Assembly: GCA_004431415.1 (NCBI GenBank)
Contig: QPMI01000178.1
Span: forward strand, 62,001-126,000
DNA: 64,000 nucleotides
DNA from: Cyanophora paradoxa CCMP329
Lineage: Eukaryota; Plantae; Glaucophyta
Direction of reading: 5' to 3'
Part shown: piece after piece, positions 1 to 11,600 of the stretch
Layout of the letters: every line of letters begins with the position of its first letter
Position numbering within the stretch: position 1 is the first letter of the stretch
Notes under the pieces: model-generated
The model's input: only the letters and a program-made list of their open reading frames with translations
Told to the model about the DNA's origin: nothing
Database searches by the model: none
Made by a program: the position numbers and the translations under genes

Positions 1-3000
1 CAGAACATGTTCAACCACAGGCTCGAGAATCTGAAGCCAGAGACTCCTTACAAGATTACGGTCCTTGCCATCAGGATCAACGGAAAAGCGCTGCTCGGTG
101 GTAACAACTGGGAAAATGACCTTTGGACTTTCCGTGAGCACCAAATGCGAGCCGTGCGTGCTCCAAACCGCAGCTGAAAAATGCGCAGCTGAGCCGATCG
201 GGCCTCCTACCAACGTGCGGTTTGTCTCCATCGTCCCAGATCGCGAAAATCCTGGAAAGGCGAGCAGCTTCGCTACTTATGGCAGGAAGTTTTCTTATGT
301 TGCGCATGCGCAGTTTGTTGCGCGGATCAAATGGGACAACAACGCGAAGAGTACTTTCAGCCAGGTGCGTCGAAGCAAAAGGATGAGCCCTCTAGCTCTG
401 CTAATAACTGATTCTCTGATTTCTAGATTATGGTGGTGCCAGCGCGCGAGGCGACGAGCGTGCCCAGTCCTTGTGCGGAGGGCTACTACCGCGTCGTCAA
501 CGCGAGGTGGGACGTTCCGTGCGAGCTGGCCGAGCGCGGAGGCGGGGCCTCGCAGCAGCCCGACGCGCGGCTGATCGTCGACCCCCCGAGCCTCTCCGCC
601 CCCTTCTACGACTACCTTCCCGCTGTTCCCAAGCAGGACATCATCAACATCCCGGGCCTGCTTCCAGGTACGGCAAAGCCGGCTTCACCTTTCGCGAGTT
701 CTTTTCATTGACACGGACGACGCTGCCGTTTCAAAGGACTTGTGTACAAGTGAGCCTGCCGGCTGCGCGTGCGGAGTCTCTCCGCGCGCATACGCTGAAC
801 TACCATCTCCACAGGTTTTACGTCCAGGGTCTCAAGGGCGTCGGCAAAGAAGACCCAGACATGTTCTTCCCCGGCAAGTTCTCCGCGCCGCTGAGGGTCC
901 AAATGCCCGGTGTGCACGCCCTTCTCTTCTGCACAGCCGTGCTCCAATAACTCCATTTGCAGGCCTTCCGCGCGGCGGCTTCGTGCAGGGCAACACCTCC
1001 CTCCCCTATCAGCTTTCCGAGCAAAGGCTCGACTGCGGTGAGCTTCGAATTCAAAGTCTTGTGTGCATACCGATCCCTGATCGGCTTCTTCTCAGGCCTC
1101 TACAACATCTCCTGGGTCAGTTGCGAGAGAAGGGAGAAGGGGGAGGGGAGGGGGGAGGAGGGGGAGGAGGGGGAGGAGGGGGAGGAGGGGGAGGAGGGGG
1201 AGGGGGGAGGGGGAGGGGGGGGAGGGGGGGATGGAAGACCACTCGAAAGTATTTTGAGATCCCCCCCGGCTCCCCCCACCCCACAGCCCCCGTCCTCCTT
1301 TAAATTTCCCAGCGCTAGCACGAGAGTGGAGCAGCTCAGAGAACTCCAAAATTACGATATTTGTGGTGATCTAGATCTAGTGCGGGAAAGCGAGTTTCAA
1401 GCTCGCGTGATCCCTGGATATTCACGCTGGATGCGCCCGCAGGTTCCTGCCTCCTCCGGATTCGGGGCGGCGATGGCGGCGCTCACCAAAGAGGTGCGCT
1501 GCGTGAGCGCCGCTACTCAAAGTCTCTTCGCTGACTCGCTAAGTGCAGGTCGTTCTCACGGTTCGCTGCCTGCAAATAGCGAAGACCGCGCGATACTCTT
1601 GACGACAATGCTTGAATTTGACGCGTCCGCAGCTGACGGATGATCTCCCGAATTCCAAACCGATCTACAAGCGCTTCCCGATTGATCAGTCAGTTGAATA
1701 TTACTCCGTCCTAGTCAACTTCTCGAGCGCCGCTGTCAAGCGCGTCATCAAGCGGACCTTTGTCCTCGGGGCCATAACGTCGGCGGGCTACAACAAGGAC
1801 GGTGCTCTCTTCTTATCGAGAGGCCGCGGCTCTCGGCGACATGGCTGACGCGCGCGTGCATGCGCACCTTGCAGAGGAAGGCAGCAACACTCTACGGATC
1901 ATCGACCGCCCGTGCACTGCGGGCCTCAACTGCCCCGTCGACCAGCTCGACGACATTTTCGTCGAGTGTCCGGAAGTGCCCACCGCACTCTCGGCCACAC
2001 TTGGCGTCCTTCCCGAGTTCTGCTCCGGGAACACAATCGTCGGCGAAAAGAGTGCAATGAATATCGCGAAAATGTGTGAGAACACAACGGACCCGCTGCC
2101 GGCGCCAATCTACCGCCGGCGCCTCTCGACGGTCATCAACGCGCGCATCAACGAGGAAGTGCGACAGGGCCGCATGCGTACGCGCCGGATTGCTGCGCGC
2201 CGTCCTCGCTTGGCCCGTCGGGCGTGCTGATTCGGCGCAGTGCTCGCTGACGAGACCGAGTTCAGCTCGGAGCCTCCACCGTCGCTGCCGGCGGATGACA
2301 GCTTCGAGATCACGTCCCCGCTCCCCGAGGAACCGACGCTGGCGCTGGGCGCAGACAAGGCGCCCCTGCCCGAAGACGAGACAGAGGTCGCCGAGCAAGG
2401 CGCCGCCGCCTACTCCGCCGGGGCGGAGCTCTACACCGCCCTCCCCGCCGACCCAGCCGAAGCTGAGGCCATCCAACGCATGCAAAGTGAGCGCGACCGA
2501 CTCGCTCTTGCAACTGGCCATGGTGTTAACGGTTCTGACGTCGCGCCTGCGTTGCAGACGATAAGATCGCCGCGTCAGCCGAGTTCGCCGCCGCCGCCGC
2601 CCCGTCGCCGCTCCCCGCAGGTGTCACCGTCGGCTTGAGTGCGCTTCTAATCCGATCTGTACATGTTTCGTTGTCCGCTCTCTATTTTAATGCGCTTCCG
2701 ATTTCGATTGACAGGCTCCTCGAGTTGTCCCCCTGACAGCAAGGTCAACGTCCTCTCTTTGGGAAGGACACAGCTGCCGTCGCTTTGCGATTACCCTGTT
2801 CAAGGGACGGTGCAAGTGTGCGGAACGGCGCACTCCCACGCCGTGCAGCTCCTGGTGCGCCGGGCGCTCTGCCTCCTGAAGGCCTTTCGAAGTTCAGCCT
2901 GAAAGCGACTCCCCCCTCTGTCGCAGTTCAACGTCTCCAAGGCCGGCATGTACCGCTTTGACGCAACTGCCTCTGGGTTCCCAGGTACTGAAAGCTCTCC

Positions 3001-6000
3001 AAAAAGCCCAAGGCCCCTGCTCACGCTCACGCCGTGAACGCGTGCAGTCACACTGGACATCCGGAACCGAGAGGAGTGCAGCCCACGGTCGTGCACCCAG
3101 CCCATCCGCAGCGCGGAAGGTCCGAGCTCGAGCTTCCGATCTTAAGCTTCGATATCGGAGCCGGCCGGCACGTGCACGCGCGCGCTGACACGCATGCTCA
3201 TCTGCAGGGGAGGCCAGCCGCAAGAGCTCGCTGCTGCTCGTGCTCAAGGGCGTGGAGGAACTCGCGATCAACATCGCGAAGGAGGGCAGCGGCTGCGGCT
3301 CCGGGCCCGTCGTGCTGGAGATCTCCTACGAGACGCCGTACGACGTCAACGTTCTTGTCGCGCCGAGCCTGGCCCTCAACGACACGGTCCTCGGCCCCGA
3401 GCCGATCACGAAGGACACGACCATCGTCTTCAACCGGATCGCCAGCGCCTTCGAGTTCGCGTTCTCCCGCGTCGCCGGCTTCGGGCGCCCTGTCGAGGTG
3501 CGCTCGCGTGCGGGCGCGGCCGCACTACGTTAAACGTCAGCCTCGCGCCCTCTGACCAACGAACTCTTGCGCAGATCGGAATCTTCTTGGAGGCCGCCGA
3601 CTACGTGAAGAACGGGACGAGCGACCTGTGGTACGTCCCAGAGCCGATCGACGGGGCACAGGGCTCCAAGATACATGTGCGCCGTCCTTGATTCCGCAAG
3701 CGCCGCTCGATTCAGATTTAATTTGCCGCAATCAGGTCCGGTCGGTCAGCGGCCTGTCAACAGGCCCACTATCTGCACAGAACACGAGAATGCAGTGAGC
3801 TCGAGCTTTTATAGGCTGCGTGGAAAAAAAACGTTTCGCTGAAGCACAGAGCCGCGCAGCTGCTCCGGGCTTGGTCCCGCGTTCGTGATCTCGCACACGT
3901 CTCCGCTCGTCGTCCCTATGGTGCGGCAAAACCCTATCTAGCTGAGAACGCAACTCTCCAAATGCCGTCTCTCTTCGAATTCTGACTCGCCGCAGGGCGT
4001 AATGCTCGTAAACTGCTCTCGGTCGGGCTCGCTCCCGCCTCCATCGAACCTGAAGCCCTCGGACGCTGCGTCAGCCATATCCATATTCGGAGTCACGAAT
4101 GTTGCAATCAGGGTTCACGCTTGCTTAAGCTCTTTGATTCGATCGCGAGGGCTTAATGTAAAGCTCGCAGGGCGTCATGATTCTCGGGGGCTACAACAAC
4201 GTGACTGGACTCGGAGGTGCCGTCTCGCTGCGCGACAAGGCGTCGGCTGTCTTCGCGGGCTGTATCTTCAGCAAAGTGCGTCCCCGGCACATAGCCGCAA
4301 TTCGTTTGCATCTCTGCGCGGGCTGCGCTGACTCTGCGCCAGAATCAAGCGGGAATGAACGGCGGCGCTGTCGCTGTTCTTGAAGAGAGTTCCGCCAACT
4401 TCGTCGGATGCACCTTCGTCGACAACGAGGTGCGGGTAGTTTTCGGTTTTCTTTCATCGGGTCTTGCAGTGGGGGGCTTGATGCTGAGTTGCGCGCGCCA
4501 AGGCGTTGGACGGTGTCGGCGGCGCTGTCGTCGTCGGGTCTGCGGCTTCGCCCGCAGGCGAAGTCTCCTTCCATGGATGCTTCTTCTCGGTGAGCACTCG
4601 CAACTTAACTTTTGACCGTGGCCCCACCTCGGCACTCACGCACCGTCATGGTTGCAATCGACAGCGCAACGAAGCATTTTCCGGTGGCGATCCCCAAATC
4701 GATCCCGCCCGCCGTTATGGAGGGGCCCTGGCCATTGTCCGCTCCAACTCGGCGGTCACCATCAACGGCACTAACTTCGACGCCAACACCGCCGACGCCG
4801 GAGGTGCGTGCACGACTGAGATTTCCCGTCAAGTTATCGTCAACATTAACGTTGTCTTCGCAGCTGCTGTCTGGGCGGGGTCGCCTGTGCGAATCTCGGC
4901 CAGCCAGATTCTGAACTCTTTCGGTGACGGCCTGCACATAAGCAACACGGAAGCAGACATTGACACGGTGATCGTCCACGGCAACGTCAACCTCATCACC
5001 CTAGACGGTCCAATTCTTTTTGAGGGATCAGGGGGCGCTTGCAATCACGAGCAATATTAATATTAATCGCGCATGCGCAGCTGGGGCGGGTCTCACATGC
5101 ACTGGATCCTCGGGAAAGGTCACGGCGAAAACATCCTCGTTCAAAGACAACGGCTCCGGAAAGATGGGTGAGCCAATCGCGGTCGCTTTCTTCGACGATT
5201 GCGTCCTCTAGATCCTGTTGAAACAAAAACAATTCAGGTGGCGGCGCCTTGATCATGTCGGGCTGCTCCGCGGACTTCTTCGGTTGCATGTTTACCAGTG
5301 CGAATCTTCACTTGCGAATCGTAAAATATTGTTGACCGCGGCTGAGCTCGGCACGCCGCCCACAGATAACTTCGCCATCATGGGCGCCGGCGTGGCGGTC
5401 GGCGACCTGGACGCGTCCGAAGTGCCCGCGAGTTCGGCGCCGACGGACGCGGGGACGGTGGCCTTCGCGAGCTGCGTGTTCAGCGGGAACATCGCGGGCG
5501 GCGTGAACGACCCGGAGGGCGCCCTCGAGATCGGCGGCGCGAAGGTCTCTTTCCCGGCGGAGAGCGGCATGGGCGGGGGTCTGGCCGTCTTCGGCGCCTC
5601 GAGCCCCGTCCGCATCGAGCAGTGCGTCTTCCGCAAGAACGAGGCCTTCATGGGTGCGCATGCCGCCCCTTGCACCGCGGCCGCGCCTGCTGCCGCCGGG
5701 CCGCTCCCGGAGTCCCGCTGAACGTCCATTTGCGGTCGGGTAGGCGGCGGCCTGTTCTCGGCCGACTCGCTCGACATTGTCGGAGAGCCGTCCGGATTCG
5801 ACGAGAACAAGGTTCGCCCCACACGTGCGAGAATCTTTCGCTCGTTTATGCGCCTGACCAGCCCCCCACGCAGGCTGGCTTCGAGTGGTACTCGGACGCC
5901 GAGCTCATCCCGACCCAGATGGGCGGCGGCGCGCTCGTCATGATGACGGCCGGGCGGCGAGGCGGCGTTGTCCGCATAAACAACTCCCTCTTCCATCGCA

Positions 6001-7388
6001 ACACTGCCCTCGGCGCATTTGGCGGCGGTGCGGGCGGTTCCTGTTCCGGGCCCGATCGCGAGCTTCGCTCTTCTGACAGTCCGAACGCGCGAAGGTCTGG
6101 CGGTGATTGGTGCGAGCGTTAAGTTCGAGGGCACGTTCTTCATCCAGAACCAAGTCCAGGGCGAGGGCAGCCAGGGCGGCGGTGAGAGAGCCCTTCCGGG
6201 CTGCGTGCCCGCATTCTGACGCCGCGAGTGGCGGCGGTGCAGGGCTCTACGTCCAGGGGGCCAACGTCACGGAGAGCTCGGACTACGTCGCGACGGCGAA
6301 CACCGCCAAGGGCCCCTTCAAGAACGTCTTCCTCGCCGACGAGGCCATTGCGGTTGCCGGCGGCGCCGGCGCGGTCTCGAGCTCAGGCGCGAACATGAAG
6401 TCATGCTACCAGGTGCGGCCGGCCCGCGCTCGGGCGCAATCGCTGATCATGATTTTGATTGCCGCTCTGGTCGCAGTGCACTCCCTGCCAGGTTTGCGGC
6501 GTCAAGTCGGGCCGATGCCAGTTCCCGCCCAAGCTCGAAGAGTGGTGCAACTTCACCGGAAGCTGCGACAAGGAGAGCTGCCCCTTCGTGGTGCGCTCTC
6601 GCTCTTCAATATTAATGCAGCTGAGGAACTGATGTGTAATGACGATGAATGGCTGTGCAGACGATTGGGGCGGCTGCTTTCGACCAGACGAACTTCCGAA
6701 GGTGAGACCAGCGCGGCGTGCGAACAAAGATTCTTTAGACTGAAGCTTTCGGCGGCTTTAATTTGGCAGCCTCACGATCGACATCGACATCCCCTACACC
6801 GTCTCTACGGACAGCGGCGCGGGCACCACCATCCCGTGCAGCGCCGCCTTCACCGAAGAGACCGTGAAGCTTCTCGGGAAAGGTTCGCGCGCCCCGCCCT
6901 CGCCTGAAGTCGCCGTTTGCGAGCCTGATGCGCGCGCAGGGGCCGTCTGCAAGCTGACGCGGAGCGCCGGCTCCGGCAGCGGGCGGCGCCGCGTGCTGCT
7001 GGGCCCGACCGGCAATCAGCTCATCATCAACCTCGGCGCGGACTTCACCGCGGGACCCGGCGCCACGCTGCAGATGCTGGCGGCCGGTATGCCCGCCCAG
7101 TATCAACTTTCGGACTCCGCCGTGGTCCAGGTCTGCCTTCAATAACATCTGGATGTCGGGGTTCTGACCTCGCCGCAAATTTCGCAGGCAACGGTGCCCC
7201 GGAGCGTTCTGCAGTCGAGCCTGCAGATCGCCAACTCGACGATCACGAGCGCCTACGTCTCCGACCAGCGCGCCTTCGTCTCAGTCTCCGGATCCTTCGC
7301 GGGCACCCGCGCCCCGCAGGGCCTCTGCTCCGCCCTGCTCCTACTCTTCACGGCCCTCGTTGCCTCCCTCCTCGCCATCTGGATGTGA
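1..7388 (+). CDS. Multi-exon large surface protein, 5' end outside the window: fibronectin type III-like repeats, PMP/pectin-lyase-like right-handed beta-helix, Cys-rich segment, hydrophobic C-terminus (TM or GPI signal). May be two adjacent genes.
   Basis: Exon peptides RLENLKPETPYKITVLA and PIGPPTNVRFVSI are FN3-like. Repeated GGA(V/L/I) and FxxN motifs at 4177-6400 (GGAVSL, GGAVAV, FVDN, GGALAI, FDAN, FSGN, FRKN, FIQN). Cys cluster near 6400-6600. Last exon ends LCSALLLLFTALVASLLAIWM* at 7388. Short GT-AG introns throughout. Confidence 0.55.
1125..1230. repeat. Purine-only G-rich tract with (GGGGAGGAG)n microsatellite, probably intronic
   Basis: About 105 nt of only G/A, directly visible, starting a few nt after the GTCAGT donor at 1116. 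Confidence 0.85.
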
Positions 7389-8600
7389 GGGCGGGGCCGA
7401 GTCGACGTCCAGAGGCGGCGAACTCGAAACTACAAAATTTAAACCTTCGATAGTCAATTGGAGTGCTGCACACTCCCAAATACGTATACTTGGCTTACCG
7501 TAGTACGTACGCGTGTAAAATATATTCATCCAGCGTTTATAATTAGTCGATCATATAGAGCTCTTATATATAATTAGTCATCGGCTGCAGATGCAGCTGC
7601 CGCAGTGCAGCCCCCAACGGCCCTGAACGTTAACGGAAGAGCCCTGATGCATATGCTGCGAAAGGCTACTCGCGGCGAAAACGGTTCAAGTTCACAGCGA
7701 GCTCCAACAGTTCCGACCTGGCCCCCCCGGGCTCCCCCGGGCTCCCCCCTACCCCCCCGGGTGTCCGTCTTGTAACTGAGGGCCAGTGGCCCTGCAAGAC
7801 GGCCGCCCTGACGCCACTCTGGAAAGAGAAGAGAGAGGGGGATCTCGGAGTCTAAAAGAGCTACTTAGGCTTGAGGGGAGGGCAGGACAGGGAGGATCCC
7901 CGGAGGCGCCGCGAAGAAGATCTGTTTACGCTGGACTCGGGAGGATGGCTGCGCATGCACTGCCAGGCTGCGCAATTACAAGGATCTCGAGTAGTATACG
8001 TGGTCGACGTCGGCGCAAGGCCTAGGATCCTTGTACTCGAAACACTCGCGCACAAGGATATCGATTTTAGCGGCGCTCATGATCAGCGCGCGTGCTTGAC
8101 AGCCGGGTTTCTTGTCCCCTAGGCTTGCCCATGCCTATTTGCCATTGAAAGCCGCGGTCTTGCCCCGTGGCACCCGTGCCATCTCGCCTGTTTCAAATGG
8201 ATTCTGTGTCGTATTGTATTTTTTTTGAACATGAAGAACACTCTACCTAAGCGGTCCTAAATCTCTATGCACACAATGTGTCTCAGTGAGGAGAAGTAGT
8301 CCATCATTACCTGCCTACTGTTATGCCTGCAGCTGCCTGCTCTTTGGCTCCTCGAAACTACGAAAAGTCTCAACTAGGGTCCGGATCGGAAGGGTCCTTA
8401 GTGGTACATCCCGCGGCGCCCAGCGGGCGGGCGGCGGGGGCGCCAGGACAGGGCTCAGGGTCGGCTTCCCCTGCTCCCGAGGGAGGGCCGTCGCCGGCCG
8501 CCGCGGACAAGGCTCAACGCGGCGGCGGCGGCGGCTGCACCTGGCCTGGCGCCCGCACGCCGGCCCGCGGCGGGGCGGGGCGGGGAGGGCGCGGGGCGGC

Positions 8601-11600
8601 CTAGGAGAGCTGGGCGGCGGCGACGGCATCGGCGATGCCGGCGAGCTCCTCCTGCTCGCCCTTGGGGGCGGCAGCGGCGGCGGGGACGGGCCCGATGCAG
8701 GAGCGCGCCACCGACTCGAAGAGCCGCTCGATCTCCGGCGCGCAGCGCGTGAAGGCGTGCGACCAGAAGTTGTACCGCTGCCGCCCCCGCCCCGTCAGCG
8801 ACCGCCCGAGCGCCCCGCGCCAGGCGCCGAGGGCGCACCGGGTTCTTGATGAGCTCGATGAAGGTGATGAGGAGGCCCCAGGGGTGCGGGCGGTTCACGA
8901 TCAGGCGCTCCAGCAGCACGCGCGTGATCTGCGCCCCCCGCCGCGGCGGCGGCGCCCGTCAGTTAGCCCCGGCTGCGCCGCGGCGCCCTGGGCCCGGGCG
9001 CCCGCACCTGCTCCTGGACAACCTCGGACTGGGCCTCGGCGAAGAGGAAGAGGAGCACGCAGGAGAAGTAGTGCGTGTGGTTGTTCGGGTACCGCAGCTG
9101 CGCGCGCGCACGGCCCGCCGCTCAGCAACGCGTGCGGGCGGGGGGCGGGGCGTGCGGGGCGGACCTGGTTGGCGATGGCGTTGAGGAAGAGGTAGCGGCC
9201 CTCGGCGTCGAGCTCGTTGGCGAGCGCCTGGAAGATGTCCATCGGCGCCGAGTGCGCGATCGGCGGCGCCGCGTGCGCCTGCGCCTGCCGCGCCCCCGGG
9301 CGTCGGTCGACGCGCCGAGGGGGCGGCGGCGGCGGTGCAGGGCTCGCAGGGCTCGCGGGGGCACCTTGGCCTGGAGCTGGGCGATGGCTTGCGTGCCGAC
9401 GTAGAGCACGAGCGCGTTGATGGCGGCCACGTTGTACGCCGTGCCCGACGCGAGCGACTCGGGGCCGGCGGGGGCCAGCCGCAGCTTGCGGGGGAGCTCC
9501 TGCAGCCAGAACTCGGGCTGGTGCGTCTTCAGGTAGTTGTCCACCTCGCCTGCCGCCAGCCCGCCGGTCACGGAGCCGTCCGAGCAAGCGAGCGAGAGCG
9601 AGCGAGCAAGCGAGCGAGCAGAGGGAGAAGGGCCGCGCACCCTTGAGGTCGTCGGCGGCGAGGGCGGCCGTGTAGTTGGAGAGGATGCGGGGGAACTGGC
9701 TGATCTCGGGGAGCAGGTCGACCTTGAGGTTCGGGGTGAAGGGGTCCGGCAGCCGCATGTTGCGGGGGAAGGCCGAGAGGATGAGGTTCCGCATCTGGAT
9801 GCACGTCGGCGGGATCGCGTCGCAGAAGCTGAAGTGGAAGTCGCAGAGGAACTCGGGGAAGTCGTGCAGCAGCACCTGCGAACCAGACGGACGGACGGAC
9901 GGACAGGCCGGTCAGAGCGAGATGAGCAAGAGCGCGGAGAGTAGAGCAAAGCGGACCAGGAGGACGCGGAGGGTGCCCTTGTAGAGAAGGCGGACGGGCT
10001 CGCTGAGCTCGGCGTTGCGGAGGAAGGGCTCCAGGAAGCGCAGCAGGTCGACGAGGAGCCGCTGGAGCGGGGGCCAGCCCTTCTGGGCCTTGCTCATCAG
10101 CAGCTTCGGCATGAGCATGCGGTGCGAGACGAGGTCCAGCCACGCGAAGGCGAACGCCGGCAGCAGCTGCGGCCGCATCCCGTGCAGCGCGTTGCTGAAC
10201 GCCTGCAGGATCTGCGCGGCCGGCGGCTCGCAACGAGGCGCGGGCGGGGCAGGGCGGGGGCGGGGGCGGGGCGGGGGCGGGCCTGGAAGTTGGAGGCCTC
10301 GAGGACGAGGTCGGGCGTGTTGAGGTCGGCGATGAGGTCCGCGAGGAGGCGGAACCACGGCCGCTGGTTGAACGCCTTGCCCCGCGCCTCCGCGTCCCGC
10401 GCCACCCCCCGCGAGATCGTCGACAGCACCCTCACCAGGAACGCCACCCGCGGCGGCGCCCTGCCCGCCCCGTCGGCCCCCGCCCAGCGGGGCAGGCGGG
10501 CGGGGCGGGCGGGGCGGGGCGGGCGGACCCGGCGTCGGGGCCCTGGCCGTACTTGACGAGGAGGACGACGAGCTTGGCGAGGGCGTCGACGGGGACGTAG
10601 TTGGGGCCGCCGCCGGGCGCGCCGACCAGCGCCGCCTCCACCGCGAGCTCCGCCGCGTTGCGGAAGAAGCGCTCCACCGCCTCGTCCCCGCCCTGCCCCC
10701 GCCCCCGTCAGCGACGCACGGGCGGACGGGGCGGCGAGCGGGGCGGGGCGGGGCGGACCTTGACGACGGCGTTCTGGAACTGGGCGAGGTACGGCGCGTA
10801 CGCCTTGGCCTCCGAGGAGTGCGCCGGGCCGGCCGGGACGGCCGTCGGGAGCGCCCCGCCGGCCGCGCCGCCGGCGGCGCAGACGCGCATCCACTCGTCG
10901 AACATGAGGGCGACCTGGTGGCGGACCTCGGGCGGGTCCAGGGGCGCCCGCGCGATGCCGCCCTCGGCGCCCTGCAGGCGCTCCCGCGACGACTTGCGGT
11001 CCTTGAGGCCGCCCGGCGCGCCGGCGCCGGCCGCCGCCTTCTCCGCGGCGCGCGCCGAGGCGGCGCGCGCGTCCTCGAGGAGGCGGGCGAGGCCCTCGGG
11101 GCCGACGCCGCGCTGCTGGATGCGCGTGAGGGCCTCCAGCAGCGGCAGGCACTCGGCCGCCGTCACGCAGGCCGGCTCCTCCACCAGGCACGAGCGCAGC
11201 AGCGCCATCGCGAACTCGCTCGCCGCCACGTTGCGCCCGCCGTCCACCAGCTTGGCCAGGAAAGTCATGTAGTCGCTCACGTTGAGGAGCTGCGAGCGGA
11301 GCAGGCCGGTCGAGATCTCCTTGTTCAGCTTGCGCTGCCGCAACCGAACGCGGCCCGGTCAGCGCTCCTCTCCCGGGCGGGCCGCGAGGAGACAGCGCGC
11401 AAGCAAACTCACGTCGTCGTCGAGGAAGGAGATCCACGAGGTGAGCTCCTTGACCACCTTCTTGTAGGCGTCCCGCACGCTCTCCAGCATCGCAAGGTGC
11501 ACCTGCGCGCGACAGGACGGGCGCGTCAGAGAAGGTAGAAGGGCGAGAGGAGGGGGGGTGCACGCCTCGACGGAGAGGCGGTCGTCGCGGTCGCCCTCGT

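Noticed and set aside
957-1643. 228-aa ORF with EEG/poly-Gly repeats
   Set aside because: It reads through an intronic G/A microsatellite; only its flanks look like real exons.
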